A stretch of 64,000 nucleotides of DNA, taken from positions 92,208-156,207 of the forward strand of contig JBGSUB010000080.1 in NCBI GenBank assembly GCA_041753535.1, read 5' to 3'. The notes under the pieces were generated by a model. It searched no databases, was not told the origin of the DNA, and saw only the letters and a list, made by a program, of their open reading frames with translations. Of the stretch, positions 54,974 through 64,000 are shown in pieces. The stretch's first letter is position 1; each line of letters begins with the position of its first letter. Made by a program: the position numbers and the translations under genes. Source of the DNA: Lentimicrobiaceae bacterium (GTDB lineage Bacteria > Bacteroidota > Bacteroidia > Bacteroidales > UBA4417).

Positions 54974-56041
54974 ATGCTTGAAAACAGAGTAAACAAAGAA
55001 ATTCTCAAACAACGTCTTCATAATGAAACTTTTCGTCGGAAAACACTTTCATTTTACCGTTATGTAACTATTGAAAACCCGGTCGGATTCCGCGATGATT
55101 TATTTCGGCAATGGTCGGAACTGAATTGCTTTGGACGAATATATGTAGCCCGAGAAGGGATCAACGCGCAAATGAGTGTTCCTGAGCACAACCTGCAACA
55201 TTTCCTGCAACAACTTGATTCTGTTCCCGGCCTGTCGGAAATGCCAATAAAATATGCCCTGGTTGATAACGGAAAATCCTTTTATAAACTCACGATAAAG
55301 GTTCGGCCGAAAATTGTTGCCGATGGCCTCGATCATGGCACCTATGACCTTTCGAAAGTCGGGAACCACTTGTCCGCTCTCGAATTTCACGAACTGGCCG
55401 GTCAGCCCGAAACCCTGGTTATAGATATGCGTAACCATTACGAGAGCGAAATCGGAAGGTTCGAAAACGCAGTTTGCCCCGATGCGGATACCTTTAAAGA
55501 CGCTATTCAAATGGTGGTCCGTGATTTTGAGAAGGAAAAAGACAAAAGAATTCTCCTTTACTGCACAGGCGGCATTCGCTGCGAAAAAGCCAGCTCATAC
55601 CTGATTCATAACGGGTTTAAAGATGTTTCGCAGTTGTATGGCGGTATTATCGAGTATGCACAACAGATAAAACACCTTGGACTGCCATCCAGGTTTATCG
55701 GCAAGAATTTTGTTTTCGATGAACGCCTGGGGGAAACCGTGGATGGGCAAGTGATTTCCCATTGTCATCAGTGTGGCAAACCGGCTGATACGCATATTAA
55801 CTGTGCTAACAACGATTGCCACCTGCTCTTTATTCAGTGCAGCGTATGTGCTGAAAAATACGATAAATGCTGCTCGGAGGAATGTGCTGATATTAGTAAA
55901 CTACCTTTGGAATCCCGCCGTGAGTTGCGTATTGTTAATCACCGTAAATATGCCGGCAGTAAAATTTACAAGAGCAAACTTTCTCCAACTTTGCTGAAAA
56001 ATCATATAAACCTGGAACTACCTGCTGCCATTCATGGATAA
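54974..56041 (+). CDS. trhO: rhodanese-domain tRNA U34 hydroxylase (UPF0176 / TrhO, YceA family)
   Basis: FYRYVTIENP, GRIYVAREGINAQMSVP, rhodanese loop LLYCTGGIRCEKAS, Cys-rich C-terminal tail. Confidence 0.85.
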   Translation: MLENRVNKEILKQRLHNETFRRKTLSFYRYVTIENPVGFRDDLFRQWSELNCFGRIYVAREGINAQMSVPEHNLQHFLQQLDSVPGLSEMPIKYALVDNGKSFYKLTIKVRPKIVADGLDHGTYDLSKVGNHLSALEFHELAGQPETLVIDMRNHYESEIGRFENAVCPDADTFKDAIQMVVRDFEKEKDKRILLYCTGGIRCEKASSYLIHNGFKDVSQLYGGIIEYAQQIKHLGLPSRFIGKNFVFDERLGETVDGQVISHCHQCGKPADTHINCANNDCHLLFIQCSVCAEKYDKCCSEECADISKLPLESRRELRIVNHRKYAGSKIYKSKLSPTLLKNHINLELPAAIHG

Positions 56042-57044
56042 TTTCTGGCAAACCCTTACAAAACCGATCATTGCCCTGGCGCCCATGGAAGATGTTACCG
56101 ACACCGTTTTCCGTGAGGTGGTTCTCTCGGTTTCGGATGCCGATGCATTGAACGTGGTTTTTACCGAATTTACCTCCACCGATGGTTTGTGCCACGAAAA
56201 AGGCCGGCCGAAAGTAATTGAACGCCTGCTTGTAAACGCGAGTGAAATGCAGTTACTGAAATCGCGTAATACGAAACTGGTGGCACAAATCTGGGGCAGC
56301 GATCCGGAGAATTTCCGGCAGAGTGCAAAACTAATAACCGAAATGCAGCTTTTCGATGGCATCGATATCAATATGGGATGCCCGGTAAAAAAAGTGGTGA
56401 AAAACCGTAGCTGCGCCAATCTTATCAATTTCCCGGAACAGGCTAAAGAAATTATATACGCCACAGCTGAATCAACGCCTTTACCCGTAAGCGTAAAAAC
56501 CCGCATCGGTTTCAGCCGGGTAAATACGGAAGAGTGGATAGGGCATTTGCTCGAAACCGAACCCAAGGCAATCACCATACATGGCCGTACCCGAAAAATG
56601 ATGTCGAACGGGCCCGCGCTCTGGGACGAAATTGGTAAAGCAGTGAAACTACGAAACCAACTTGGAAAATCAACGGTGATGCTTGGAAACGGTGAAGTAT
56701 TCAGCTATTCCGAAGCTATGAGCCGTATAACGGATTATGGTGTGGATGGAGTTATGGTGGGAACAGGTGTTTTTAAGAACCCATGGATGTTCAATCCCAG
56801 CCCAGTCGAAATTACTGTTGAACGCCGCATTGAACTGATGTACAAACACATAACACTTTATCAGCAAACCTGGGGCAACGGCAAGGATTATAATGTACTG
56901 AAACGCTTTTTTAAAATTTACCTCAATGGTTTCGCTGGTGCAGCACATTGGCGCGATAGGTTTATGCGTGCACGCGATTATTCCGAAGCACTGGGGATAT
57001 TGGAAGAATTAAAATTTGAACAATCAATATCAGTTATTGCTTAA
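56034..57044 (+). CDS. tRNA-dihydrouridine synthase
   Basis: ALAPMEDVTD, IDINMGCPVKKV, ITIHGRT. 8-nt overlap with trhO. Confidence 0.88.
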   Translation: MDNFWQTLTKPIIALAPMEDVTDTVFREVVLSVSDADALNVVFTEFTSTDGLCHEKGRPKVIERLLVNASEMQLLKSRNTKLVAQIWGSDPENFRQSAKLITEMQLFDGIDINMGCPVKKVVKNRSCANLINFPEQAKEIIYATAESTPLPVSVKTRIGFSRVNTEEWIGHLLETEPKAITIHGRTRKMMSNGPALWDEIGKAVKLRNQLGKSTVMLGNGEVFSYSEAMSRITDYGVDGVMVGTGVFKNPWMFNPSPVEITVERRIELMYKHITLYQQTWGNGKDYNVLKRFFKIYLNGFAGAAHWRDRFMRARDYSEALGILEELKFEQSISVIA

Positions 57045-57481
57045 ATTGCAAAAAGCGACTAATCATTATATTGTAAATCAGCACATTAAAAATAAAACAG
57101 GAGTGCATTGCATTAAAGCATACCTTTGCCCCGCTGATTTTAATTAAAATCTATTACAGTATCCATTTCTATTAAGCAGATTTTTACACCAAAGCGTGTA
57201 AATAAAGTAACAATCAGTTTCAATATCTTCTGCAAAAGCAGGCAAACTGGCCACACAATGTTACTTAAATAAAAATAATGGACACCGGAAATCAATTAAT
57301 GAAAGCGCGAAGCCGCATGTAAAAGCCATGTTTATTGGTTTACCCTGAAGGTTTCAACTGCAAAAGTCTGCTGATTTTTATAACAGGAGACCCGAAAAGC
57401 AAAAAAGAATTCCTTTTCAACCGGCCGGCGATTAAGAACCTTTCAATTTATAAATTTTACCGGCCGATTAATTACTCATAC

Positions 57482-58762
57482 ATGTCATTTGAAAATTTAA
57501 ATTTAATTGAGCCAATCCTCAAGGCTTTAAAAACTGAGGGATACACCATACCCACACCAATACAGGCCGAAGCGATTCCCCTGGTTCTGCGCCGGAAAGA
57601 TGTATTGGGATGCGCCCAGACCGGAACCGGAAAAACAGCAGCCTTTGCCATTCCAATCATTCAACTTCTTTGCGAACAGCAGCTTCCGGTACACGGACGC
57701 CGCCCGATACGGAGTTTAATACTTACCCCGACGCGCGAGTTAGCCATTCAGATTGGAGAAAGCTTTGCCAATTACGGTAAAAATACAAGCTTAAGATACC
57801 AGGTAATATTCGGTGGAGTAAACCAGCATTCACAGGTTGCGGCATTACTAGCTGGTATTGATGTTTTAATTGCCACACCGGGCCGTTTGCTCGACCTGAT
57901 GGACCAGAAATACATCAACCTGAGTAACGTTCAGTTTTTTGTCCTCGACGAAGCCGACCGAATGCTGGATATGGGTTTTGTACATGATGTAAAAAAAATC
58001 ATAGCAAAACTTCCTGCCAAAAGGCAATCGCTTTTCTTTTCGGCAACCATGCCACCACCTATTGTACAACTGGCTGCAACCATACTGGTGAATCCTTCAA
58101 CGGTTTCAGTTACTCCTGTTTCGAGCACGGTAGATATAATAAACCAGGTAGTTTATTTTGTAGATAAAGGAAACAAGAGGCACCTGCTTCTGGAAGTACT
58201 GAAAGACAAAAAGATCGACAGGGCACTTATTTTTACCCGCACAAAACATGGTGCCGACAGAGTAGCCAAGGATCTGACACGCGCCGGGATAAATGCCCAG
58301 GCCATACACGGCAACAAAACGCAGAATGCGCGGCAAAATGCTTTGAATAATTTCAAATCGCGCTTAACGCGTGTGCTGGTTGCCACCGATATTGCCGCCC
58401 GCGGAATTGATATCGACGATCTTTCGCATGTAATTAATTACGAATTGCCGAATATCCCTGAATCGTATGTTCACCGCATTGGCCGTACAGGACGTGCAGG
58501 AGCCAGCGGCATAGCCATTGCTTTTTGCGATGCCGAGGAAAAGGAATACCTCAAAGATATTCAGAAACTGATCAACAAACAAATACCGGTAATTGACGAC
58601 CATTTCTATCCCCTGATGGACCATGTTGTGGTGAAAGCCGCAGCCAGGCCACAACGCCCGCAACGCGAACAAGGCAGCAGGAATTCAACGGCGAAAAGTG
58701 AAAAAAGAGCACCTGCTTCAAACGGCGATTACCCGCGAAAACGGACGTTCAGATCTTACTAA
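57482..58762 (+). CDS. rhlE: DEAD-box ATP-dependent RNA helicase (RhlE-like)
   Basis: Q-motif F..L...GY..PTPIQ, AQTGTGKT, VLDEADRM, SAT, HRIGRTGRAG, basic C-terminal tail. The ATG at 57482 gives the canonical N-terminus. Confidence 0.93.
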   Translation: MSFENLNLIEPILKALKTEGYTIPTPIQAEAIPLVLRRKDVLGCAQTGTGKTAAFAIPIIQLLCEQQLPVHGRRPIRSLILTPTRELAIQIGESFANYGKNTSLRYQVIFGGVNQHSQVAALLAGIDVLIATPGRLLDLMDQKYINLSNVQFFVLDEADRMLDMGFVHDVKKIIAKLPAKRQSLFFSATMPPPIVQLAATILVNPSTVSVTPVSSTVDIINQVVYFVDKGNKRHLLLEVLKDKKIDRALIFTRTKHGADRVAKDLTRAGINAQAIHGNKTQNARQNALNNFKSRLTRVLVATDIAARGIDIDDLSHVINYELPNIPESYVHRIGRTGRAGASGIAIAFCDAEEKEYLKDIQKLINKQIPVIDDHFYPLMDHVVVKAAARPQRPQREQGSRNSTAKSEKRAPASNGDYPRKRTFRSY

Positions 58763-58789
58763 AAACAGAATAGATTTTGTTTGTGAAAA

Positions 58790-58815
58790 CCCTGTCGTGA
58801 TGGCGGGGTTTTTTT
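58790..58815 (+). terminator. intrinsic terminator of the helicase gene
   Basis: CCCTGTC-gtgat-GGCGGGG stem (two G-U pairs, valid only on the plus strand) followed by T7. Confidence 0.7.
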
Positions 58816-58976
58816 GTGTTAAGCCCCGACTGTATTAGTATATTTCACTACTTTTTAGATTCTTTGTTTAAAATTAAAGTTTGGCTGCTATTCCTTTTAT
58901 TGCTAGTGTATCGTTAGGAATTCGAAAAAAAACTCTTACCTTTACTGGACAACAATGGTTATTAAAATTTAAATTT

Positions 58977-60239
58977 ATGAAAAACTCTGCCATCTTCATT
59001 TTCTTATTCCTTGCTGTGTTTAAAATCCATGCACAGGACTACCTGATCAGTTTCGAAGGTTCAGGTGATACTACCGTGGTTACCACCGTAAAAGTTGAAA
59101 ACCTGACAAGCGGAGCTACTGTTATCCTTAACGGGGGTGAAATTTTACATTTAATCCCTTCATTGGGAATTGATGCCCTTGTTTCTGAAAACGGGTCTGT
59201 TCAGCTTTATCCGAATCCGATGACAGAGCAGTCATTGTTAACATTTTTTGCTCCGGAAGCAGGCGCTGTTGTTATTTGCATAGTTGATTTATCCGGAAGA
59301 AACATTTATCAGAACATTACAACGCTATCGCCTGGAACACACAGCTTTAATATTTCAGGTATTAAACAGGGAATGTATGTATTAAAAATTGACGGAGAAA
59401 ACTATAACTATGCCACAAAACTGATAAGTGGATGCAGCAGGCAAAGCGAGGCAAGAATAGAATATGTTTCAACCTTCGCAAATAACATAAATAATCACAC
59501 AAAAAGCACAACCACTACTATTGATATGCCTTATACTGATGGGGATATATTAAAGTACAAAGGTATATCAGGGCAGTACAGTACAATTGTAACCGATATC
59601 CCAACCGCCAGCAAAAAAATAACTTTTCCTTTTTTTACCTGCACGGACAGCGATGGTAACCATTATGCAACGGTACAGATAGGTACAGGTAAATTCTCCC
59701 AAACCTGGATGGCAGAAAACCTGAAAGTCGGGATCGGAATCGACATAACTCAGCTACCAACGGATAATGGTATTATCGAATATTATTGTTATGAAGACAA
59801 TGTAAACCTTTGTGGCGTATATGGTGGTTTGTATAAGTGGGATGAGATGATGAATTACATAGATACAGAGGGTTCACGGGGTATTTGTCCGAATGGATGG
59901 CATGTACCCACCAATCAGGAATTTTATGACCTTGAGAACTTTCTGGGCGGATGGCTTGTAGCAGGGGGGAAACTGAAAGAGACCGGTACGACCCATTGGA
60001 ATGCCAATAATGTGGGTGCAACGAACGAAACAGGCTTCACAGCTCTTCCCGGGGGCGAATTAGATTCATGGGGTCCGGTTTACGGCCTGCTCGGCATAAA
60101 AGCATGGTTCTGGTCTTCATCGCCAGGTATTACGGGAGGATCCCACTTTTATATGTCTGTTGACAACATAACTGAAAAACTATACAGGAGTGAAGAAGCG
60201 TTCGGATCGTCTTATTCTTGCCGGTGTATCCACGATTGA
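58977..60239 (+). CDS. FISH (Fibrobacter succinogenes major paralogous) domain protein with an internal T9SS-CTD-like beta-sandwich
   Basis: Signal peptide MKNSAIFIFLFLAVFKIHAQ. Internal LYPNPMTEQSLLTF...DLSGRNIY...GMYVLKIDGENYNYATKLI. C-terminal DSDGNHYATVQIG...WMAENL...YGGLYKW...CPNGWHVPT...GFTALPGG. Confidence 0.8.
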   Translation: MKNSAIFIFLFLAVFKIHAQDYLISFEGSGDTTVVTTVKVENLTSGATVILNGGEILHLIPSLGIDALVSENGSVQLYPNPMTEQSLLTFFAPEAGAVVICIVDLSGRNIYQNITTLSPGTHSFNISGIKQGMYVLKIDGENYNYATKLISGCSRQSEARIEYVSTFANNINNHTKSTTTTIDMPYTDGDILKYKGISGQYSTIVTDIPTASKKITFPFFTCTDSDGNHYATVQIGTGKFSQTWMAENLKVGIGIDITQLPTDNGIIEYYCYEDNVNLCGVYGGLYKWDEMMNYIDTEGSRGICPNGWHVPTNQEFYDLENFLGGWLVAGGKLKETGTTHWNANNVGATNETGFTALPGGELDSWGPVYGLLGIKAWFWSSSPGITGGSHFYMSVDNITEKLYRSEEAFGSSYSCRCIHD

Positions 60240-60522
60240 ACAACTCTCGTGCGTAAATAGAACCTTATTGAACAAGCATGCTTCTGTTGGCGATTATTTG
60301 CAATGTGTGCCGACACAATTAAAGTTGTTTATAGAATATGAAATTTTACTTTCAAGCGACAATAACCTTATCAGCAAAAGCATTTCCAATAAATCGTTAC
60401 CGGCTATGTTGATTTACAGCTAAATACCACGCAACTTTGCGAAGCGGGTAATCCGCCACTTTTCGTTCTTCGGCGGCAAGAAACCAGTATGAAACTTAAA
60501 TAACAACTATCTGTAATTTAAA

Positions 60523-61464
60523 ATGAGTGAGGAAAAAACATTAAATACGGAATACATATCCCGGATCAACAGAACAATTGATTACATCGAATCAAATCTT
60601 GAAAAATCAATGACATTGGAAGAATTAGCGGCAGTAGCTAATTTTTCTAAATTTCATTTCAACCGGATTTTTCACTCCATAGTGGGAGAAACTCCTTTTC
60701 AGTTTATCTTGCGGGTCAGGATCGAAAAGGCAGCAAACCATATTTCGGTAAATAAAAATGCAGGCATTTCCGAAATAGCTTATAAATGTGGTTTTTCCGA
60801 CATTTCGGTATTCTCCCGGAATTTTAAACATTATTTTCAAATCTCTGCCACTCAGTACAGAGCAAAGAAATCGCACGATAGCAATTTAAGTCAACAAGAT
60901 AGCAATAACCATCAACCTGATGATAAACCGACACTTTATTTTTGTCCTGAATTAAAAACTATTAAATGGAGGACAAATATGAAACTAAACAAAGGTGTGG
61001 AAGTAAAAGAACTTCCTGAAATGACGCTTGCCTACATCAGGCATATTGGCCCGTATAAGGGTGACGATAAACTATTCGAGGGCTTGTGGAATAAATTATT
61101 TTCATGGGCCGGTCCACGTGGTTTAATTGGTGGAAAAGATTTCAGATCCCTGGTAATTTATCACGATGACCCCAATGTGACTATTGAAGATAAACTCAGG
61201 ATGAGTGTTTGCATCACAGTACCTGCTAAAACGAAAGTTGACGGTGCAATCGGAAAAATGGAAATTGAGGCTGCAAAATACGTCATCGCCCGTTTTGAAC
61301 TTACCGCCATGGACTTTCAACAGGCATGGGACTGGGTTTACGGACAGTGGTTCCCAACAAGCGGGTATCAGCCCGACGATAAGCCATGTTTCGAAATGTA
61401 CCCGGAGGAACCCAAAGATGGAAAATTTATTGTTGATATTTGTGTTCCTGTAAAACCAATCTGA
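60523..61464 (+). CDS. AraC-family transcriptional regulator with GyrI-like effector-binding domain
   Basis: HTH LEELAAVANFSKFHFNRIF and ISEIAYKCGFSDISVFSRNFKHYF. C-terminal GyrI-like (LAYIRHIGPY...CFEMYPEEP...VDICVPV). Confidence 0.85.
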   Translation: MSEEKTLNTEYISRINRTIDYIESNLEKSMTLEELAAVANFSKFHFNRIFHSIVGETPFQFILRVRIEKAANHISVNKNAGISEIAYKCGFSDISVFSRNFKHYFQISATQYRAKKSHDSNLSQQDSNNHQPDDKPTLYFCPELKTIKWRTNMKLNKGVEVKELPEMTLAYIRHIGPYKGDDKLFEGLWNKLFSWAGPRGLIGGKDFRSLVIYHDDPNVTIEDKLRMSVCITVPAKTKVDGAIGKMEIEAAKYVIARFELTAMDFQQAWDWVYGQWFPTSGYQPDDKPCFEMYPEEPKDGKFIVDICVPVKPI

Positions 61465-61476
61465 AAAACGAAAAGC

Positions 61477-61507
61477 GAGCCAGCCCAAACGGCTGGTTCT
61501 TTTATTT
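61477..61507 (+). terminator. intrinsic terminator after the AraC-family gene
   Basis: GAGCCAGCC-caaac-GGCTGGTTC 9-bp stem (one G-U pair, plus strand only) followed by TTTTATTT. Confidence 0.7.
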
Positions 61508-61523
61508 AAAAATGGAGGGAAAA

Positions 61524-62198
61524 ATGGGATATTATATTGATTTAGAGAAGATAACAATTGATGGGTATCGAAATAAATTAGAATCAGCCTATCTGCCACC
61601 GAGCAGGATGATGCTGAAAGATAACCTGGAAGAGCGATTTGGTTACTTTAAAAGTATCGGGCTCAATAATGTAAAAGAACTGCTTCTGTTACTCAAAAAG
61701 AAGGATAAGATTGCTGAATTACAAAAAGTTGCATGCGTTCAAGGCGAATATCTGATCATTTTGTTAAGGGAGTTGAACAGTACACTCCCAAAGCCAAACA
61801 AGATTTCTGAATTTACAGGTATCTCAAAAGACATCATCGCCAGATTGGAAAGAATTGGAATCAGCAATACTGAGAAATTGTATTACAGAATTATAACGGA
61901 GGATAATAGACAAGAGCTTGCTGAATCCACGGGAATAAAAGATTCTGATATTTTAGAATTAGCCAGATTATCAGATTTATCACGATTAAAATGGGTCGGG
62001 GTAACATTTGCACGGATGTTATATGATTTGGGAATTGATACCGCTGAGAAAGTATCCAAAGCTGACCCGCTTGATCTACATGCAAGGATTAACCAGTTAA
62101 GTAAAGTGAAAAGAATCTTTAAAGGGCAGATTGGACTAAACGACATTAAAATATTGGTAAATGCCGCGAAAGAGATCCCTTTTGAGATTGAATATTAA
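61524..62198 (+). CDS. DUF4332-like helix-hairpin-helix protein
   Basis: MGYYIDLEKITIDGYRNKLESAYLPPSR N-terminus and repeated HhH-like segments. Family call is from memory. Start at 61524 or 61512. Confidence 0.6.
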   Translation: MGYYIDLEKITIDGYRNKLESAYLPPSRMMLKDNLEERFGYFKSIGLNNVKELLLLLKKKDKIAELQKVACVQGEYLIILLRELNSTLPKPNKISEFTGISKDIIARLERIGISNTEKLYYRIITEDNRQELAESTGIKDSDILELARLSDLSRLKWVGVTFARMLYDLGIDTAEKVSKADPLDLHARINQLSKVKRIFKGQIGLNDIKILVNAAKEIPFEIEY

Positions 62199-62294
62199 AA
62201 AAGACAAAATCCCATAATTTAACAAGTGTTATCCAATGAGGATTTAAACCCTTCACCCGGTTCGATACAATTATTCACAAATATTAAACTTAAA

Positions 62295-62380
62295 CACAAA
62301 AGGCACAAAGCCTGTCACAAAGCATACAAAGAAAAACAACCCAGGACTATTTAGATAAAACCTTTGAGCTCTTTGTGCCT
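62295..62380. repeat. CACAAAG word array with inverted partner (GGCACAAAG 62302-62310 / CTTTGTGCC 62371-62379)
   Basis: CACAAAA, CACAAAG, CACAAAG and TACAAAG words at 62295-62331. Perfect 9-bp complement 60 nt downstream. Confidence 0.75.
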
Positions 62381-62709
62381 GTTTAAACCCCAAACCATGG
62401 GGTATTTTCAAATTTATTTTTTTCCCTTGTAGGGTTAAAACCCGTTTCAAGTGTCTTATATGCAACGGATTTAAATTTAAGTACATTAATCTGTTCACAC
62501 CTAAGAAAATTTGTTCATGTTCGGCTCTTCTTCCAATGCATGCGGAGAAAATTCACTCAATCATAATACAGGAATAGATACCAATTGAGAAAATAATTGA
62601 GAGCCCAGTATTGAAATAATTTGTGTCACACAGTCTGAAAAGAAGAGCTTAAAGGAGAAATGCTTATAAATATCACGAAAGAATCGGCCCACCCTCTAAA
62701 AAAGAAATT

Positions 62710-63360
62710 ATGGCAAACCTTGAAATGAACTTACCAGGAAATAAACTGACATTGAAACTAATACTGATATCCCTTTTGCTTTTTATTGGTTTTTCCTGCG
62801 AAAAAGAAAAGGAACCGGATTTAACTTTCGATTTGCAGGTGACTGATATTGCCTGTTACCCAGGAAACAATATTTCAATCACTTTCAATGTTAATCCCAA
62901 AGGAAATTATAGCCCGTTTGGAATAAAATGGTACAAGCCCGCTGATTTTCAGGGAACAGGCCCTTTTTCTGTTACAACAAAAACTGATTTCGAACTGGAT
63001 TTTGAAATTACAGATTCAAAAAACAACAGTAGCAGATATACTTATACAATTAGAACAGATACAATCGATTCGTTAAAATATGATTACAGAAACCAATATA
63101 CCGGGAACTATAGCTGTGATGGAACCTATAGCTATAATGGAAATGAAGAGTATTTTCATGATACATTAATAGTAACAAAAAACGATAATTTTAAGGTTGT
63201 AACTATTTCAAACTTTCAGATGATCTACAATGGATCAGCTAATTTTTTTGGATATCATTCATTTGCCAGGTTTGTAAACGATAGTATTTATTTCTCTGAA
63301 AGCGGTCCGTTAGGCTATTACTACACCAATTATTACCGGGGAATAAGGATTAAAGAATAG
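62710..63360 (+). CDS. hypothetical lipoprotein
   Basis: LLLFIGFSCEKE lipobox. 216-aa ORF. Start at 62710 or 62725. Confidence 0.6.
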   Translation: MANLEMNLPGNKLTLKLILISLLLFIGFSCEKEKEPDLTFDLQVTDIACYPGNNISITFNVNPKGNYSPFGIKWYKPADFQGTGPFSVTTKTDFELDFEITDSKNNSSRYTYTIRTDTIDSLKYDYRNQYTGNYSCDGTYSYNGNEEYFHDTLIVTKNDNFKVVTISNFQMIYNGSANFFGYHSFARFVNDSIYFSESGPLGYYYTNYYRGIRIKE

Positions 63361-63420
63361 AAACTGAAGGACTAACAGCTTTTTTAATAAAAAGAAAGTC
63401 CGATAATAACAGATTTAACT

Positions 63421-63897
63421 ATGTTCCACAGAATTGAAACCATACCAGATAAGAAACTTATTGGAAAACGTATTAAAATGTCGTTTGCCGATAACAGAAC
63501 GATTGAACTCTGGCGGAATTTTATGCCCTGCCGAAAGGAAATACTGAACCACCTGAGTAATGATTTGATTTCCATGCAGATTTATCCCGTATCCTTCGAC
63601 TTTAATCCGGGTATAGAATTCGAAAAATGGGCTGCGGTGGAGGTTGCCAATTTTAGAAACATTCCTGCCGAAATGGAAAAATTTCTTTTGCAGGGCGGGC
63701 TTTATGCTGTGTTCCTGCATAAAGGATCGAGTACTGATAACAGTACATTCCGGGATATTTTCACATCCTGGCTTCCGGCTTCAGATTATATTTTAGATAA
63801 CAGGCCTCATTTTGAGATTTTAGGGGCAAAATACAAAAACCAGGACCCGGATTCGGAAGAGGAAATCTGGATACCCATTAAGCCAAAAGCGAAATAA
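63421..63897 (+). CDS. GyrI-like small-molecule-binding domain protein (stand-alone AraC effector-binding-type domain)
   Basis: 158 aa. IETIPDKKLIGKRIKMSF...WRNFMP...FEILGAKY...EEEIWIPIKP pattern, typical of GyrI-like/SOUL-fold proteins. Confidence 0.7.
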   Translation: MFHRIETIPDKKLIGKRIKMSFADNRTIELWRNFMPCRKEILNHLSNDLISMQIYPVSFDFNPGIEFEKWAAVEVANFRNIPAEMEKFLLQGGLYAVFLHKGSSTDNSTFRDIFTSWLPASDYILDNRPHFEILGAKYKNQDPDSEEEIWIPIKPKAK

Positions 63898-64000
63898 TGG
63901 CATCGAAGCGCTAATTTGAAATGCGTGGATTTGAAATGTCGGAACAACAATAGTACTCCATCGAAATACGGGCCTATACTTTATTCTGAGTAACAGGCAA

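Noticed and set aside
57045-57481. Long (437 bp) region upstream of the DEAD-box helicase, with the repeated ACCGGCCG..GATTAA motif, as a distinct element or small gene.
   Set aside because: Long 5' UTRs are common for cold-shock-type DEAD-box helicases. The only ORFs are under 15 codons, and the repeat is short (about 13 nt, imperfect). There is not enough evidence for a separate feature.
61123-61599. 158-aa minus-strand ORF overlapping the 3' end of the AraC gene and the terminator.
   Set aside because: It is antisense to a well-supported GyrI-like domain, crosses an intrinsic terminator, and has no recognisable motifs.

Overview
This 64-kb window looks like chromosomal DNA from a Bacteroidota genome. 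The evidence is T9SS-type C-terminal sorting domains, a FISH (Fibrobacter succinogenes major paralogous) domain protein, many TonB_C paralogues, TAnnTTTG-like promoter boxes and no Shine-Dalgarno sequences. I cannot assign a genus. About 47 protein genes are supported, and I recognised no rRNA, tRNA or CRISPR array.

Gene content, in order:
- 1-2.1 kb: 3' part of an alpha-2-macroglobulin gene.
- 2.4-10.4 kb: a purine-catabolism locus, xdhC-xdhA-xdhB, then ygeY and ygeW, split by a yefM-yoeB toxin-antitoxin cassette.
- 10.5-27.6 kb: housekeeping genes (PHP histidinol-phosphatase-like, U32 peptidase, aspS, queA, sdaA, ispD, a GT2 plus flippase-like pair, ruvC, an arginase-family gene, topA, miaB). 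An intact IS4-type insertion sequence with a 9-bp target duplication sits between queA and its terminator.
- 27.7-30.9 kb: a Wza/Wzc-type polysaccharide export pair.
- 31.0-35.6 kb: a 1083-aa fused multi-cofactor oxidoreductase, divergent from an EFR1-type ferredoxin.
- 35.7-44.0 kb: a divergent cluster of VIT-vWA-TonB_C, TonB, an ECF sigma factor and an anti-sigma factor ending in TonB_C, followed by a CotH/LTD/T9SS protein.
- 44.1-48.9 kb: a stretch that looks AT-richer by eye, with hypothetical secreted proteins.
- 48.9-64 kb: mixed genes (an E2-like acyltransferase domain, EEP nuclease/phosphatase, IPT lipoprotein plus outer-membrane barrel, trhO, dus, a DEAD-box helicase, the FISH protein, AraC/GyrI-like regulators, DUF4332).

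Observations most worth a second look:
1. The sigma/anti-sigma cluster has three different proteins ending in a TonB C-terminal domain. Two of them also share an internal segment resembling the TonB-box/plug N-terminus of SusC-type receptors.
2. Two unrelated small secreted-protein genes each carry the same duplicated ~250-340 bp upstream module. It has a conserved box, a variable core, an 80-bp conserved element and a terminator-like hairpin.
3. A multi-hairpin structured region lies upstream of aspS, with alternative pairing to the translation start region.
4. Short-period 'word' repeats (CCTAA/TTAGGG-like, CACTAAG, CACAAAG, GATTGCG) sit on gene boundaries. They include a 71-nt G-free leader abutting the sigma gene start and ~30-bp direct repeats bracketing both the TA cassette and ispD.
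5. The 1083-aa oxidoreductase appears to fuse HcnA/B/C-like components into one polypeptide.

All protein assignments come from motif and family recognition by eye. No database search, folding or statistics were run.
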